DNA of 64,000 bases from Eledone cirrhosa (Eukaryota), in assembly GCA_964016885.1 (NCBI GenBank), contig CAXHJY010001155.1, positions 62,001 to 126,000 on the forward strand, read 5' to 3'. Under the pieces are notes generated by a model, which saw nothing but the letters and a program-made list of their open reading frames with translations, searched no databases and was not told the DNA's origin. Below, piece by piece: positions 38,796 through 52,387 of the stretch (its first letter is position 1; each line of letters opens with the position of its first letter). The position numbers and the translations under genes were made by a program.

Positions 38796-39187
38796 TGGAG
38801 GCACATGGCTTAGTGGTTAGAGCATTGGCCTTGCAATCGAAAGGTTGTGAGTTCAACTCTCAGACCGAGTGATGTGTTGTTTGCTTGAGCAACGCACTTT
38901 ATTTCACATTCCTCCAGTTTACTCAGCTGTAGAAATGAGATGATAGGGACTGGGGTCCATATCATTCCACTGCAAAGTGGTCGTGGAGGTGCCATGGCTA
39001 AAAAGCACCCAGCACTCACTGTAAATGAGGTTGGTGTTAGGAAGGGCATCCAGCTGTAGAAATCAAGCCAGAATCAGTTCCCATATGAGCAAGCGGAGGT
39101 CAGCTAACCGGACACTGCCCACAACAGGACAACCTGTCTAACCCATGCTAGCGTGGAAGAATGGACGTAACACGGTAATGATGATGA
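38796..39187 (+). mobile_element. CORE-type SINE family B carrying the long RTE family 1 tail
   Basis: Family B head and body; after CAGTTCC the sequence follows 17826-17939. Confidence 0.9.
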
Positions 39188-39319
39188 TATATATACATAT
39201 ATAAAGGAACCAAATAAATATATATATTTTTTTTTAAATAAGACTCCAGTTGCATTTTCGATTTCATCTTTTTTCCTTATACTTTCACTTGTGTAGGACA
39301 ACTCGGTTATTTTTCATTT

Positions 39320-39358
39320 TGTAAAAAAAAACTCACTTTCTAATACATATATATATAC

Positions 39359-39401
<43 letters not shown>

Positions 39402-39404
39402 TAT

Positions 39405-39439
<35 letters not shown>

Positions 39440-39540
39440 AACCAGTAAGACCCCGACAGCCTATTACCCACTCTACTACCTCAAGTATTGAGTACTTTGG
39501 TGCGTTATGGTCCACCTGGTTCCTTACCACATTTCCTTCG

Positions 39541-39605
<65 letters not shown>

Positions 39606-39634
39606 CATATATATATATACATATATATATATAC

Positions 39635-39679
<45 letters not shown>

Positions 39680-39691
39680 TTTATAGATACA

Positions 39692-39722
<31 letters not shown>

Positions 39723-39743
39723 GCATATATATATATATATGCA

Positions 39744-39793
<50 letters not shown>

Positions 39794-39818
39794 CATATAT
39801 ATATATATACATATATAC

Positions 39819-39888
<70 letters not shown>

Positions 39889-39908
39889 ATATACATATAT
39901 ATATATAC

Positions 39909-39953
<45 letters not shown>

Positions 39954-40014
39954 CATATATATATATACATATATATATATACATATATATATATACATAC
40001 ATATATATATATAC

Positions 40015-40079
<65 letters not shown>

Positions 40080-40248
40080 TATATACATATATATATATAT
40101 ATACATATATGTATAGAGATGTATATATAAATATATATAAATACATATATTTATATATACATATATATATATACATATATATATATACATATATATATAC
40201 ATATACATATATATATATATACATATATATATACATATATATATATAC

Positions 40249-40293
<45 letters not shown>

Positions 40294-40300
40294 TATATAC

Positions 40301-40369
<69 letters not shown>

Positions 40370-40372
40370 TAT
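39320..40372. repeat. (TA)n/(TACA)n microsatellite tract; similar tracts at 15370-15590, 32550-33328, 35925-36460, 37803-38250, 42510-42750, 43395-44348, 47137-47490, 48180-48594 and 51778-52100
   Basis: Direct inspection. Confidence 0.98.
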
Positions 40373-40576
40373 ATTGTTATACTTGGAGAGGGTCATATTT
40401 GTGTAATATTGACAGAATTAATAACAGAACACACTCACTGTTTGGTTGGTTTTCACTTCTCGCTTCTGTGTCTTTTATATCGGTAATCTAATAAACTCGG
40501 TCCTCAATGTTGCCATTGACTGACTGGCGGTCAAAAATAATACAGATACAATATAGACACAAACACATATATATTT

Positions 40577-40620
40577 TATCATAAATCTTTCGTTGCACAT
40601 CTGTAACATCGTCAGTGGTG
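40577..40620 (-). ncRNA. Degraded minimal hammerhead in the PLE 3' pseudo-LTR
   Basis: CACCA-CUGACGA-U-GUUACA gaug UGCAAC-GAAA-GAUUU-A-UGAUA: core intact, stems mismatched. Confidence 0.6.
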
Positions 40621-40854
40621 CTATATTTTCCTCCTGTTGTATTGCATGTCTACGCCATTTTTATTCAGTCTGTCTATATATTTATTTATTTATTTGCTTC
40701 TTTGTTTATTTTATTTTGTCTTCTTTGCGCATGCGTTTGCGTGTGTGTATAGTGTTTTGTTTGCTGTGTGATGGGTGACTAGTGTGTGTTTATGTGCTTG
40801 TTGTTATTGTGCTTGTGTATGTATTTATTTATTTATTTATTTATTTTATTTTAT

Positions 40855-42267
40855 TTACACTTCTCTTAGGTCAGTGTTGTTTGTTTGGGTGTTGTTGTTA
40901 TTCCATTCATTCTTTCTGTTTAGCCTTGGTCTTCTAATTTCTATTTCCCTGGCCTCTCTGATTTGCCTATCTGCTGGGTCATTTCTATGTTTAGATATTA
41001 TTCTAATTTCTATGTTGTCTATGTTACCATCATGTTGTTGTCTAGCATGTTCGTATAGTACTGACCCGTTTTTTCGTCCTTTTAGTTCTCCCCAGTGTTG
41101 GTCTATCCTTTCACCTATGCTACGAGCTGTCTCACCTATGTATGTTGTTGTCATGTTTCTGCAAGTACCCTCTGTACATCTTATGCTATAGACTACGTTT
41201 CTAGTTTTACAGTTTATCCGGGGGTTCACCTTACATATGATACATTTCCTATTGGTACAGTGGGTTTTCTTAAAAGGGTAGGTTTTGCTGATCAGGGATT
41301 TTACCACCTTTATTTTTAAGTGGGTCTTTCTCAGGGCCTTTCTACACTGGTTAGCTAATTTCCCTCCAGGGGTAGCGTCCACAAACATGACACTCTGGTA
41401 TCTCTGGTTGTCGTACCATGAGGTGGCTTTCCCTATCTTATGTCTAGCCCTATCTACGCTATTCCATGATTTGCTCCTGTATAATGGGCAAATTCCTTTC
41501 ATGTCCAGTTCTATGAGGGTCTTATACTTCTCCATGGCTCCTTCGTATACTCTGATTCTGTCTCTTTGGTTGTAGCCAGAGAACTGCATGCGGTTGATGA
41601 AGTGTTGGATGTGTCTTTCCATTTCTGTTGGGTCGCACATGCGGGACACATTCTTCATCACTCGTACCAAATCTCTGATCAGAATATTAAACTTAGCACT
41701 ACTGGACATTGCTGAGTTTTTGAGTATCAGGTATTTGGAGGCCATGGGTTTAGCATAGTGTGAGTGGAGAATTTGGGCTCTCTCGTCTATAGTGTTAATC
41801 CAGAGTTCTGTGTCTAATACAGGTAGTCTATTGTTAGGGTGTTTGGAAGGGAAGTCGATAGTTACAGTTATACTCTGGTGTATGGAATTAGCTATCTGCT
41901 GGATGCTTTCCATCGTGCTACGTCCTAAATCAAACTTGTTAGTGCTCTCTAGTGGGGGTGTTCTTATAACTGTATTGATATCGTCTACATAACGAGAGTA
42001 CATGATGAGGTCTATGGAGCTCTCATTAAGGAGATCTTTAAGTCTCCTTTCCCACCATACCATGAAAGGGTTGGCAACATCACCAGCTATGCTGACGCCG
42101 ATGGCTGCTCCCTCATTTTGGGTGTAGATCTTCTCGTTGAACTTAAATATGTGGCCCTTTAGGGTAGTTTTGATACTAGCCCCTATTGCATGTGCGACCA
42201 TTTTTCTTACCTGATCATTGTTTTGGGGGGTCCATATAGCTTTGGTACATCCAATCCACCTTCCCAT
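40855..42267 (-). CDS. PLE polyprotein fragment (RT plus GIY-YIG endonuclease)
   Basis: 470-aa open frame containing the RT and GIY-YIG motifs. Confidence 0.85.
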   Translation of the reverse strand: MGRWIGCTKAIWTPQNNDQVRKMVAHAIGASIKTTLKGHIFKFNEKIYTQNEGAAIGVSIAGDVANPFMVWWERRLKDLLNESSIDLIMYSRYVDDINTVIRTPPLESTNKFDLGRSTMESIQQIANSIHQSITVTIDFPSKHPNNRLPVLDTELWINTIDERAQILHSHYAKPMASKYLILKNSAMSSSAKFNILIRDLVRVMKNVSRMCDPTEMERHIQHFINRMQFSGYNQRDRIRVYEGAMEKYKTLIELDMKGICPLYRSKSWNSVDRARHKIGKATSWYDNQRYQSVMFVDATPGGKLANQCRKALRKTHLKIKVVKSLISKTYPFKKTHCTNRKCIICKVNPRINCKTRNVVYSIRCTEGTCRNMTTTYIGETARSIGERIDQHWGELKGRKNGSVLYEHARQQHDGNIDNIEIRIISKHRNDPADRQIREAREIEIRRPRLNRKNEWNNNNTQTNNTDLREV

Positions 42268-42512
42268 GGGAATCTTTTGAGGTTATGGTGGGGGGTCTAC
42301 CTCTTATAGGTCTACTAGGGCAGAAACATCTAAGGCCATGGCTGTCTAGGTAGTCAGTGTCGTAGGTAAGTCTAAGTAGGAGGCCCAGTTCGTCTGTGTC
42401 GACGTCGCAGAACTCCACCTCACTCTCAATGATCATCTCCACACATCTTTTCACAGCAAAATCAATGTTAATGGATGGGTACAGTGACACCACATCCATG
42501 CTGCCTATAAAC

Positions 42513-42611
<99 letters not shown>

Positions 42612-42718
42612 TATATATATACATATATACATATATATATACATATATATACATATACATATATATATATACATATACATATATATATACACATATATAT
42701 ATACATATATATATATAC

Positions 42719-42753
<35 letters not shown>

Positions 42754-42830
42754 ACGAAGGAAATGTGGTAAGGAACCAGGTGGACCATAACGCACCAAAG
42801 TACTCAATACTTGAGGTAGTAGAGTAGGTA

Positions 42831-42938
42831 ATAGGAACCAGTAAGACCCCGACAGCTGAGCTCAAGCCGTTTCGACGGCTAATTCTCAGAATTAGCCGTC
42901 GAAACGGCTTGAGCTCAGCTGTCGGGGTCTTACTGGTT

Positions 42939-42943
<5 letters not shown>
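42831..42943. repeat. Perfect palindrome with 56-bp arms and a 1-nt spacer
   Basis: ATAGGAACCAGTAAGACCCCGACAGCTGAGCTCAAGCCGTTTCGACGGCTAATTCT-C-AGAATTAGCC...TGGTTCCTAT. Confidence 0.95.
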
Positions 42944-43018
<75 letters not shown>

Positions 43019-43047
43019 CATATATACAAATACATATATATATACAA

Positions 43048-43109
<62 letters not shown>

Positions 43110-43111
<2 letters not shown>

Positions 43112-43394
43112 TATACTTTGGGAGGGTCATGTTGCCAATAAGAAACACACGCACCAGTTGTTTACACTTCAATATATTATCATAAATTTATAAATTTAGG
43201 AATTTATAAATTTCCGCTTGGTTGGTTGGGTCCACAACCAGATGATAGTTCATATATTGGCAAAGTTCTTTCGTCACACATTATGTGACCTCTTCAGTGA
43301 CTGGGGATTATTTTCTTTGTTTTTGTGCCTCTCCTTAGTACTGTCCTATGCCCTCTTGTTTCTGTGTGTGTATTGTCAAATTCAGAAACGAAAT
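43110..43394 (-). mobile_element. PLE pseudo-LTR insertion with HHR (43259-43301) plus inverted tail remnant
   Basis: Sibling of the 19 kb element; minus strand GUCA-CUGAAGA-G-GUCACA..UGUGAC-GAAA-GAACUU; plus-strand CAAATTCAGAAACGAAAT at the right end. Confidence 0.85.
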
Positions 43395-43470
43395 ATATAT
43401 ATATATACATATACATATATACATATAGATATATACATATACATGTATACACATACATATATACATATAC

Positions 43471-43504
<34 letters not shown>

Positions 43505-43612
43505 ACATATACATATATATATATACATATATACATATATACATATATATATATATACATTTATACATATATATATATACATATATACATATATATATAT
43601 ACAAATATACAT

Positions 43613-43645
<33 letters not shown>

Positions 43646-43992
43646 TATACACATATATATACATATACACATATACATATATATATACATATACATATAT
43701 ATATACATATATATATACATATATATATATACATATATACATGTATACATATATATATATATACATATATACATGTATACATATATATATATATACATAT
43801 ATACATATATGTATATACATATATATACATATATATATATATACATATATATATATCTATACATATATACATATATATATATCTATACATATATATATAT
43901 CTATACATATATACATATATATATATCTATACATATATATACATATATATATACATATATATATACAAATATATATACATATATATATACAA

Positions 43993-44060
<68 letters not shown>

Positions 44061-44170
44061 GTACATATATATATATATATATATACATATATATATACAT
44101 ATATATACATATATATATACATATATATATATATATACATATGTATATATATATATGTATATATATATAC

Positions 44171-44209
<39 letters not shown>

Positions 44210-44232
44210 CATATATATGTATATATATATGT

Positions 44233-44273
<41 letters not shown>

Positions 44274-44290
44274 TATGTATATATATATGT

Positions 44291-44348
<58 letters not shown>

Positions 44349-44352
<4 letters not shown>

Positions 44353-44695
44353 TCATTCATCATCATTTCATTTTACGTCCGCTTTCTCCCTGCTTGCAAG
44401 GGTGGGACGGGAACTGATGCTGGCTTGATTTCTACAGCTGGATGCCCTTCCTAACACCAACCTCATTTACAGTGAGTGCTGGGTGCTTTTTTGCCGTGGC
44501 ACCTCCACGACCACTTTGCAGTGGAATGATAGGGACCCCAGCCCCTATCATCTCATTTCTACAGCTCAGTAAACTGGAGCAATGCGAAATAAAGTGTCTT
44601 GCTCAAGGAAACAACACATCACCCGGTCTGAGAATTGAACTCACAACCTTTCGATTGCAAGCCCAATGCTCTAACCACTAAGCCATGTGCCTCCA
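44349..44695 (-). mobile_element. CORE-type SINE family B
   Basis: Near-identical to the other copies. Confidence 0.9.
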
Positions 44696-44723
44696 TTATA
44701 TATATATATATGTATAACATATA

Positions 44724-44757
<34 letters not shown>

Positions 44758-44770
44758 CGTATAACATATA

Positions 44771-44819
<49 letters not shown>

Positions 44820-45443
44820 AACAAAATATCCGGTAGAGAATGTTGAGAAGCCAGAGGGGATCACTAATGTAGGAGGGAAGCCGCTGGAATTGGTTGAGGA
44901 CTTCCTGTATTTGGGAGCAAAGATTGGGAATACGGAAGATGATGTGGTTGAGAGGAAGAGCAAGGCCTGGGCGGCTTGAGATCGGTGTGGAAGTCGGACC
45001 TTCATAGAGACCTGAAAATCCGCTTCTTCATTGCTGTAGTGGAGTCTGTGCTGCTGTATGGACCAAGAAACTCAAACTCACTCAGATGGTGGATGGATGC
45101 TACACGAGAATGCTGAGGATGGCTCTGAACATTAATCAGTATACTCTGAGGATGTAAAACTCAGAGCTGTATGGGAGCATCCCAAGAGTCAACTCAAAAG
45201 TGACACAGAGGAGACTGAGGTTAGCTGGACATGCTCAGCAACATCCAGAGTTGACATTGCACTCACTGGTCCTTTGGCAGCCCCTACATGGACACACTAG
45301 AAGAGGAAGACCAAGGTTAACGTATGTTGATGCCATCAGGACAGACACTGGTCTGTTGGAAGGGCAGAACATGGCAGCGATAATGAGGGACAGAGACCGC
45401 TGGAGACAACTCGTCCATGGATCTCGGGAATTTTACCCGCCTT

Positions 45444-45445
<2 letters not shown>
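44820..45445 (+). mobile_element. RTE-like LINE 3' fragment (third family), degraded
   Basis: LELVEDFLYLG, VVESVLLYG, RRLRLAGH, RRGRPRLTYVD and MRDRDRWR motifs; frameshifts. Confidence 0.85.
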
Positions 45446-45486
<41 letters not shown>

Positions 45487-45494
45487 TATATATA

Positions 45495-47136
45495 TCATCA
45501 TCATCATCATCATCAACGTTTAACGTCCGTGTTCCACGCTTGCATGGGTTTGGACGGGGGTAGTCCCACTTGAGGCAAGAGTGATTGTCTTGCTCGCATA
45601 GGACTGTCTGGCAGGTTTTCTACAGTTGGATGCCCTTCCTAACACCAACCACATTTACAGTGTGGGTCTGGGAGGTTTTTACTGTGTTGCCTACACGGCC
45701 ACACTACAGCGTGGACTGTGTGTTTTTTTGTCGTGACACCTACACGATCTCATTTGTTTCGGCCTCGATGGCGCGGCACCAACATAACTTTACATAGAAC
45801 GGGGTGGTGGGACGGGGTGTATTTTGTTAGAGATGCCTACTGGCTGGAGTAGGTTTTACTATATATTTAGGTAAGGCGGGTCTTCTCTGTTACTGAGTAC
45901 CGCCAAAGGTCTCGGTCCAGTGACATTGTCTTGGAGAGGTGTAAGTGTGTGATGTCGGAGTTTATCAGCTCGTCCCAGGTTTTTCTAGGTCTGCCTATTC
46001 CGTGACTACCGTCTATCTTTATTGCCCTGCACTTTGTTATACAGCTATCGACTTTCATGCGCATCACGTGTCCATACCAACGTAGCCTTCTCTCGAGTAA
46101 ACAACATCTGATCCCTCTTATCTCTAATTTTTTCCTTAGTTCGTTTATGCTTTGCCGTTCACGTATATTACTGTTACACATCCAGCGGAGCATGCAAGCT
46201 TCGTTCCTCTCTAGTCTGCGTATATCCTCTGCACACAATGCCCAGGTCTCACTGCCATGCAGCATTGCTGTTCGTATGCAGGCATCGTACAACCTGCCTT
46301 TCATTTTTAGTGAGAACCCTTTAGCAGCTAATAGTGGTATAAGCTCTCTGAACTTTTTCCAACCAGTTCTGACTCTAGCTACAGTACTTTCAGAGCACCC
46401 TCCCCCACTGCTGATTTTATCGCCCAGGTAACGGAAGCTGTCCACTATTTCTATAGAACCCTCTGCGCAATTGAAAGAGCTAGTAGTTTGTGGGCACTTG
46501 CTGCTACTTATTGCACCAGAGCACCGGCCACATGTAAAATCTATGTTCTTAGTTAGCTTACCTGTGATCCCACTACATCTTTTATGCACCCATACTTTGC
46601 ATTTAGGACATAAAATGGAGTTTCTACCTACGCCTTTCCTACACACCGAGCACGACCATTTCCCAGAAGGGACCGCCGCCTTGTTTTCTTTCCTACAAAC
46701 TAGTACTTTGGTCTTAGCCAGGTTAATTTTAAGTCCTTTTGACTCTAGGCCGTGCTTCCATGTTTGGAATTTCTTCTCTAGCTCGGCCATTGATTCCGCT
46801 ATGAGTGTCAGGTCGTCTGCGTATAGGAGTTCCCATGGGCAGCCTGTCTTGAACTCCTCTGTTATAGCCTGAAGGGCAATAATAAATAGTAGTGGACTGA
46901 GAACAGAGCCCTGATGGACGCCAACTTTTACGCTAAACTCTTCACTATATTCGTTGTTAATTCTAACCTTGCTGACTGTTTCTTTATACATGGCTTGTAT
47001 AGCCCTCACAAGCCATTCGTCAACGCCTAGTTTTCTAAGAGCCCACCAGATAATGGAGCGGGGGACTCTGTCGAAGGCTTTCTCCAAGTCGACAAAAGCT
47101 AAGTAGAGGGGTTTACCTTTAGCTAGGTACTTCTCC
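45495..47136 (-). mobile_element. RTE family 2, 5'-truncated (open frame 47136 to 45867)
   Basis: [33 protein letters not shown]-like insert..RRLRWYGHV, then UTR and (CAT)n. Confidence 0.95.
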
Positions 47137-47158
47137 ATATATACATATATATATATAC

Positions 47159-47273
<115 letters not shown>

Positions 47274-47274
47274 C

Positions 47275-47333
<59 letters not shown>

Positions 47334-47489
47334 CATATATATATATATATATACATACATATATATATATATATATACATACATATATATATATATTATA
47401 TATATACAATTATATACATATATATACATATATATATATATACAATTATATACATATGTATACACATATATATATATATATATATATAA

Positions 47490-47811
47490 ATATCTTTAAG
47501 TCGTTTGGAAGCCTCGACAATGCAAATGGGTAAATCTCCGGGTAACAAGATCCGGTGGTGGAGAGAGAGATGTAAGTGGGTGTACGTTGAGATACGTGGT
47601 GTTTATAAGATGTGTAGAAGAATGAAGGAAAGAGCATAAAGGATAAAATAAAAATAACAACACGAGAGAGAGTTACATTGGGAGAGATTTAATAGTCCCT
47701 ATATATTTCGGATTCACATCCATCAACTGGGGGTTTTTCTGGGGTGGGGGAAGGTTGTCTGTCGGTAAGGTGCGAAACGCGTCCTCCGCTGTTTGTTGTT
47801 TTGAATATCAA

Positions 47812-47850
<39 letters not shown>

Positions 47851-48180
47851 TATATACATATATATATACATATATATACATATATATATATACATATATA
47901 TATATATACATATATATACATATATATACATATATATATATACATATATATACATATATATATATACATATACATAATATATAAGAACAAAAGATGGTTA
48001 AAAGAGTTCCATGTATTGTATTATGCGCATTTCAAAAACAAAAATCATCATGCAATAATATTTGTGTTTTCATCAGATAAAACAGGAAGACATGATATGA
48101 AGGTTAAAAAACACTTGTGGATAGTGCAGTTTTAAATCAACATATGCTTTATTGTACTACAATAAAACTCACCTCCTACA
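47490..48180. mobile_element. Two short PLE-derived inserts with decayed HHR motifs (47697-47732 minus; 48021-48080 minus)
   Basis: Minus CCC-CAGUUGAU-GGAU guga AUCC-GAAA-UAUAUA-GGG; minus CUGAUGA-AAACA..UGUUUUU-GAAA-UGCGCAUAA; plus CGAAACGCGTC. Confidence 0.5.
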
Positions 48181-48403
48181 TATACATATACATATATATA
48201 TAGACATATTTATATATACATATTTATATATACATATACATATATACATATTTATATATACATATATATATATACATATATGTATACATATATATATATA
48301 TACATATATGTATTCATATATATATATACATATATGTATACATATATATAAATATATGTATACATATATATACATATATGTGTATATATATATATATATA
48401 TAC

Positions 48404-48443
<40 letters not shown>

Positions 48444-48453
48444 GTATATATAC

Positions 48454-48491
<38 letters not shown>

Positions 48492-48501
48492 GTATATATA
48501 T

Positions 48502-48550
<49 letters not shown>

Positions 48551-48561
48551 CATATATATAC

Positions 48562-48594
<33 letters not shown>

Positions 48595-51500
48595 GAGAGA
48601 GTGAACGACAGAATAATTAAAACAAGACTTGTCCTCAATAGAACTATGGTGACAGTAATATCTGCGTACGCACTCCAATCCGGACTGCCCGGCACTATAA
48701 AAGTCAGATTCTATGAGACATTGATGCTCGCTACCTCCCAAATAACCGACAGTGACTATATAATTATTGCAGGCGACCTAAATGGTCACGTTGGACAATA
48801 TTGTGACGGCTACAACGAAATCCATGGAGGCTATGGGTTTGGTACTAGAAATGAGGAAGACTCCAGAATCCTGGAATTCTGTGACGCAAATAACCTAACT
48901 ATCTGTAACACTAACGTAAAAAAACGTGACAATCACCTGATCACCTATAGATCCGGGGAACACACAAGCCAGGTAGATTATATCCTTACCAGAAGACGTG
49001 ATAGAGTGTCTGTTGTAAACACTAAATCCCTCCCCCATGAAGAATGCACCTCCCAACATAGACTGATAATTAGCGACCTCGTAGTCAGGACGAGACGTAC
49101 TCGACAGCAGAAGAGGACTATCCTCAGGAGAAAAATATGGAAGCTAAAGGACCCCACAGCCAGAAATAAATTTCAAAGCATATTACTTGATGCTTTCGAC
49201 AGTAAGGAAGAGCATTTAGAGTCGGACACTATAGAGGGACAGTGGGAATTTCTGAAAGCAAACCTGCTGATGGCGGCAGACGATGTCTGTGGCTGGAGCA
49301 GGCCTGTAGGCAGGAGGAGAGTAACATGGTGCTGGAACAGTAAGGTGGAGGGGTCAATTAAGGCCAAAAAGCAGGCTTGGAAAGTATGGCGGGATGGGGG
49401 AAGTAGAGAAGACTATCAAGTGGCCAGGAGGGAAGCTAGGAGACAAGTGTACTTCGCAAGAAGGGAAGCAGGGGAAAGAAAGTTCAAGCATGTTCTACAA
49501 CGCGAGGACCAAAAACGTGAGGTGTTCAGGATTGCTAGGCAATGTGTCAAGGAAAACCGTGATATTGTCGGGGAGAAGTGTGTACTTAATGATGACGGCG
49601 TACTTTCCATCACCGACACTGATAAGAAGGTAGCTTGGAAGTGTCACTATGAAAGGCTACTAAATGCGGAGAATAAATGGGAGAAAGACAGTCTCCCCCA
49701 CATCGACCCAATAGAGGGACCAGCAGTGTTAGTCGAGGGTAGTATAATAAGTAAGGCAATCAAGGATATGAAGACGGGTAAGGCGGCTGGGCCTTCGGAA
49801 ATAGTTGCTGAGATGCTGAAGGCATCTGGCACGGTGGGACACACCATGGTCACCCGGATAGTTAACCAAGTCGTACAGAATGGGGTTGTTCCGAAGGACT
49901 GGCATAGCAGCATCATCGTTAACTGTTATAAGGGTAAAGGAGATGCCCTAGATAGGAGTAACTATAGAGGCATTAAATTAATCGACCAGGTCATGAAGGT
50001 CACAGAAAAAGTAATAGCGCAACTAATCAGAGAGAGAATTGACATAGATGAAATGCAGTTCGGGTTTGTGTCAGGCAAAAGTACCACAGACGCTCTTTTC
50101 ATTGTACGACAACTACAGGAGAAGTACCTAGCTAAAGGTAAACCCCTATACTTAGCTTTTGTCGACTTGGAGAAAGCCTTCGACAGAGTCCCCCGTTCTA
50201 TTATCTGGTGGGCTCTTAGAAAACTAGGTGTTGACGAATGGCTTGTGAGAGCTATACAAGCCATGTATAAAGAAACAGTCAGCAAGGTTAGAAATAACAA
50301 CGAATATAGTGAAGAATTTAGCGTAAAAGTTGGCGTCCATCAGGGCTCTGTTCTCAGCCCCCTACTATTTATTATTGCCCTTCAGGCTATAACAGAGGAG
50401 TTCAAGACTGGTTGCCCATGGGAACTCCTATACGCAGACGACCTAACACTCATAGCTGAATCAATGGCCGAGCTAGAGAAGAAATTCCAAACATGGAAGC
50501 ACGGCCTAGAATCAAAAGGCCTTAAAATTAACCTGGCTAAGACTAAAGTTCTAGTTTGTAGGAAAGAAAATAAGGCGGCGGTCCCTTCCGGGAAATGGCC
50601 ATGCTCAGTGTGTAGGAAAGGCGTAGGTAGAAACTCCATTTTATGTCCCAAATGCAAAGTATGGGTGCATAAAAGATGTAGTGGGATCACAGGTAAGCTA
50701 ACTAAGAACATAGATTTTACATGTGGCCGATGCTCTGGTGCAATAAGTAGCAGCAAGTGCCCACAAAATACTAGCTCTTACAACTGCGCAGAGGGCTCTA
50801 TAGAAATAGTGGACAGCTTCCGTTACCTGGGTGACAAAATCAGCAGTGGAGGAGGGTGCTCTGAAAGTACAGTAGCTAGAGTCAGAACTGGATGGAAAAA
50901 GTTCAGAGAGCTTATACCACTATTAGCCGCTAAAGGGTTCTCCCTAAAAATGAAAGGCAGGTTGTATGATGCCTGCATACGAACAGCAATGTTGCATGGC
51001 AGTGAGACCTGGGCATTGTGTGCAGAGTATATACGCAGACTAGAGAGGAACGAAGCTTGCATGCTCCGCTGGATGTGTAATAGTAATATACGTTAACGGC
51101 AAAGCCTAAACGAACTAAGGAAAAAATTAGAAATAAGAGGGATCAGATGTTGTTTACTCGAGAGAAGGCTACGTTGGTATGGACACGTGATGCGCATGAA
51201 AGTCGATAGCTGTATAACAAAGTGCAGGGCAATAAAGATAGACGATAGCCACGGAATAGGCAGACCTAGAAAAACCTGGGACGAGCTGATATACTCCAAC
51301 CTCACCCACTTACACCTCTCGAAGACAATGTCACTGGACCTTTGGCGGTACTCAGTAATAGAGAAGACCCGCCTTACCTAAATACAAAGTAAATCCTACT
51401 ACAGTCAGTAGGCATCTCTAACAAAATACACCCCCGTCCCACCACCCCCACCCCATCCACACCACCCCCTTCTATGTAAAGTTATGTTGGTGCCACACCA

Positions 51501-51777
51501 TCCAGGCCGAAACAAATGAGATCGTGTAGGTGTCACGACAAAAAAAAACACACAGTCCACGCTGTAATGTGGCCGTGTAGGCAACACGGTAAAAACCTCC
51601 CAGCCCCACACTGTAAATGTGGTTGATATTAGGAAGGGCATCCAACTGTAGAAAACCTGCCAGACAGTCCTATGCGAGCAAGACAATCACTCTTGCCTCA
51701 AGTGGGAAAACCCCCGTCCAAACCCATGCAAGCGTGGGACACGGACGTTAAACGTTGATGATGATGATGATGATGAT
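48595..51777 (+). mobile_element. RTE family 2, longest copy (partial APE endonuclease plus RT), one premature stop
   Basis: [24 protein letters not shown] and SQHRLII (APE), then RT motifs; TAA at 51094 where the sibling has GAA; frame continues to 51381; (GAT)n tail. Confidence 0.95.
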
Positions 51778-51807
51778 ACATATATATATATACATATATA
51801 TATATAC

Positions 51808-51842
<35 letters not shown>

Positions 51843-51989
51843 CATATACACATATATATATACACATATATATATATACACATATATATACATACACATA
51901 TATATATACACATATATATATATATATACACATATATATATACATACACATATATATATACACATATATACATATATATATATACATGC

Positions 51990-52022
<33 letters not shown>

Positions 52023-52353
52023 TATATACACATATATATACATATATACATATATATATATACATCATCATATATATATAAATATATATACATACATATT
52101 ATAATCAGCATCATCACCATCACTGTTTAACGTCCATGTTTCATGCTAATATGAGTTATATATATATGCATGAAATGGTTGATATAGAAAATTATTGAAA
52201 CAAATTTAAGAATAATTTTCAGTTACTCTTTACTCTTTTACTGATTTCAGTCATAAGACTGTGTCCATGCTGAGGTAGTGTCAGAGTCAAACATATCAAT
52301 CCCATTACTTTTTTTTGAAATTAGAAGTTTTGAGACATAAATACACACACACT

Positions 52354-52387
<34 letters not shown>

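Larger units (their letters stand above)
40373..42510 (-). mobile_element. Penelope-like element (Naiad-like), 5'-truncated: RT, Cys linker, C-terminal GIY-YIG endonuclease, 3' pseudo-LTR
   Basis: [35 protein letters not shown], CxxxxCxxC, VVYSIRC..YIGETAR..H and LNRKNEW motifs; one frameshift near 42270. The clade name is inferred from recalled motifs. Confidence 0.9.

Noticed and set aside
38796-38870. tRNA genes at SINE heads
   Set aside because: A/B boxes are present but the cloverleaf is imperfect and continues into a CORE domain and LINE tail, so these are SINEs.
40855-42267. Selenoprotein-type Naiad element
   Set aside because: No in-frame UGA in the visible ORF; the Cys positions are ordinary Cys codons.
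39488-44454. Long YIYI/HIYI ORFs here and elsewhere
   Set aside because: Translations of (TA)n/(TACA)n microsatellites.
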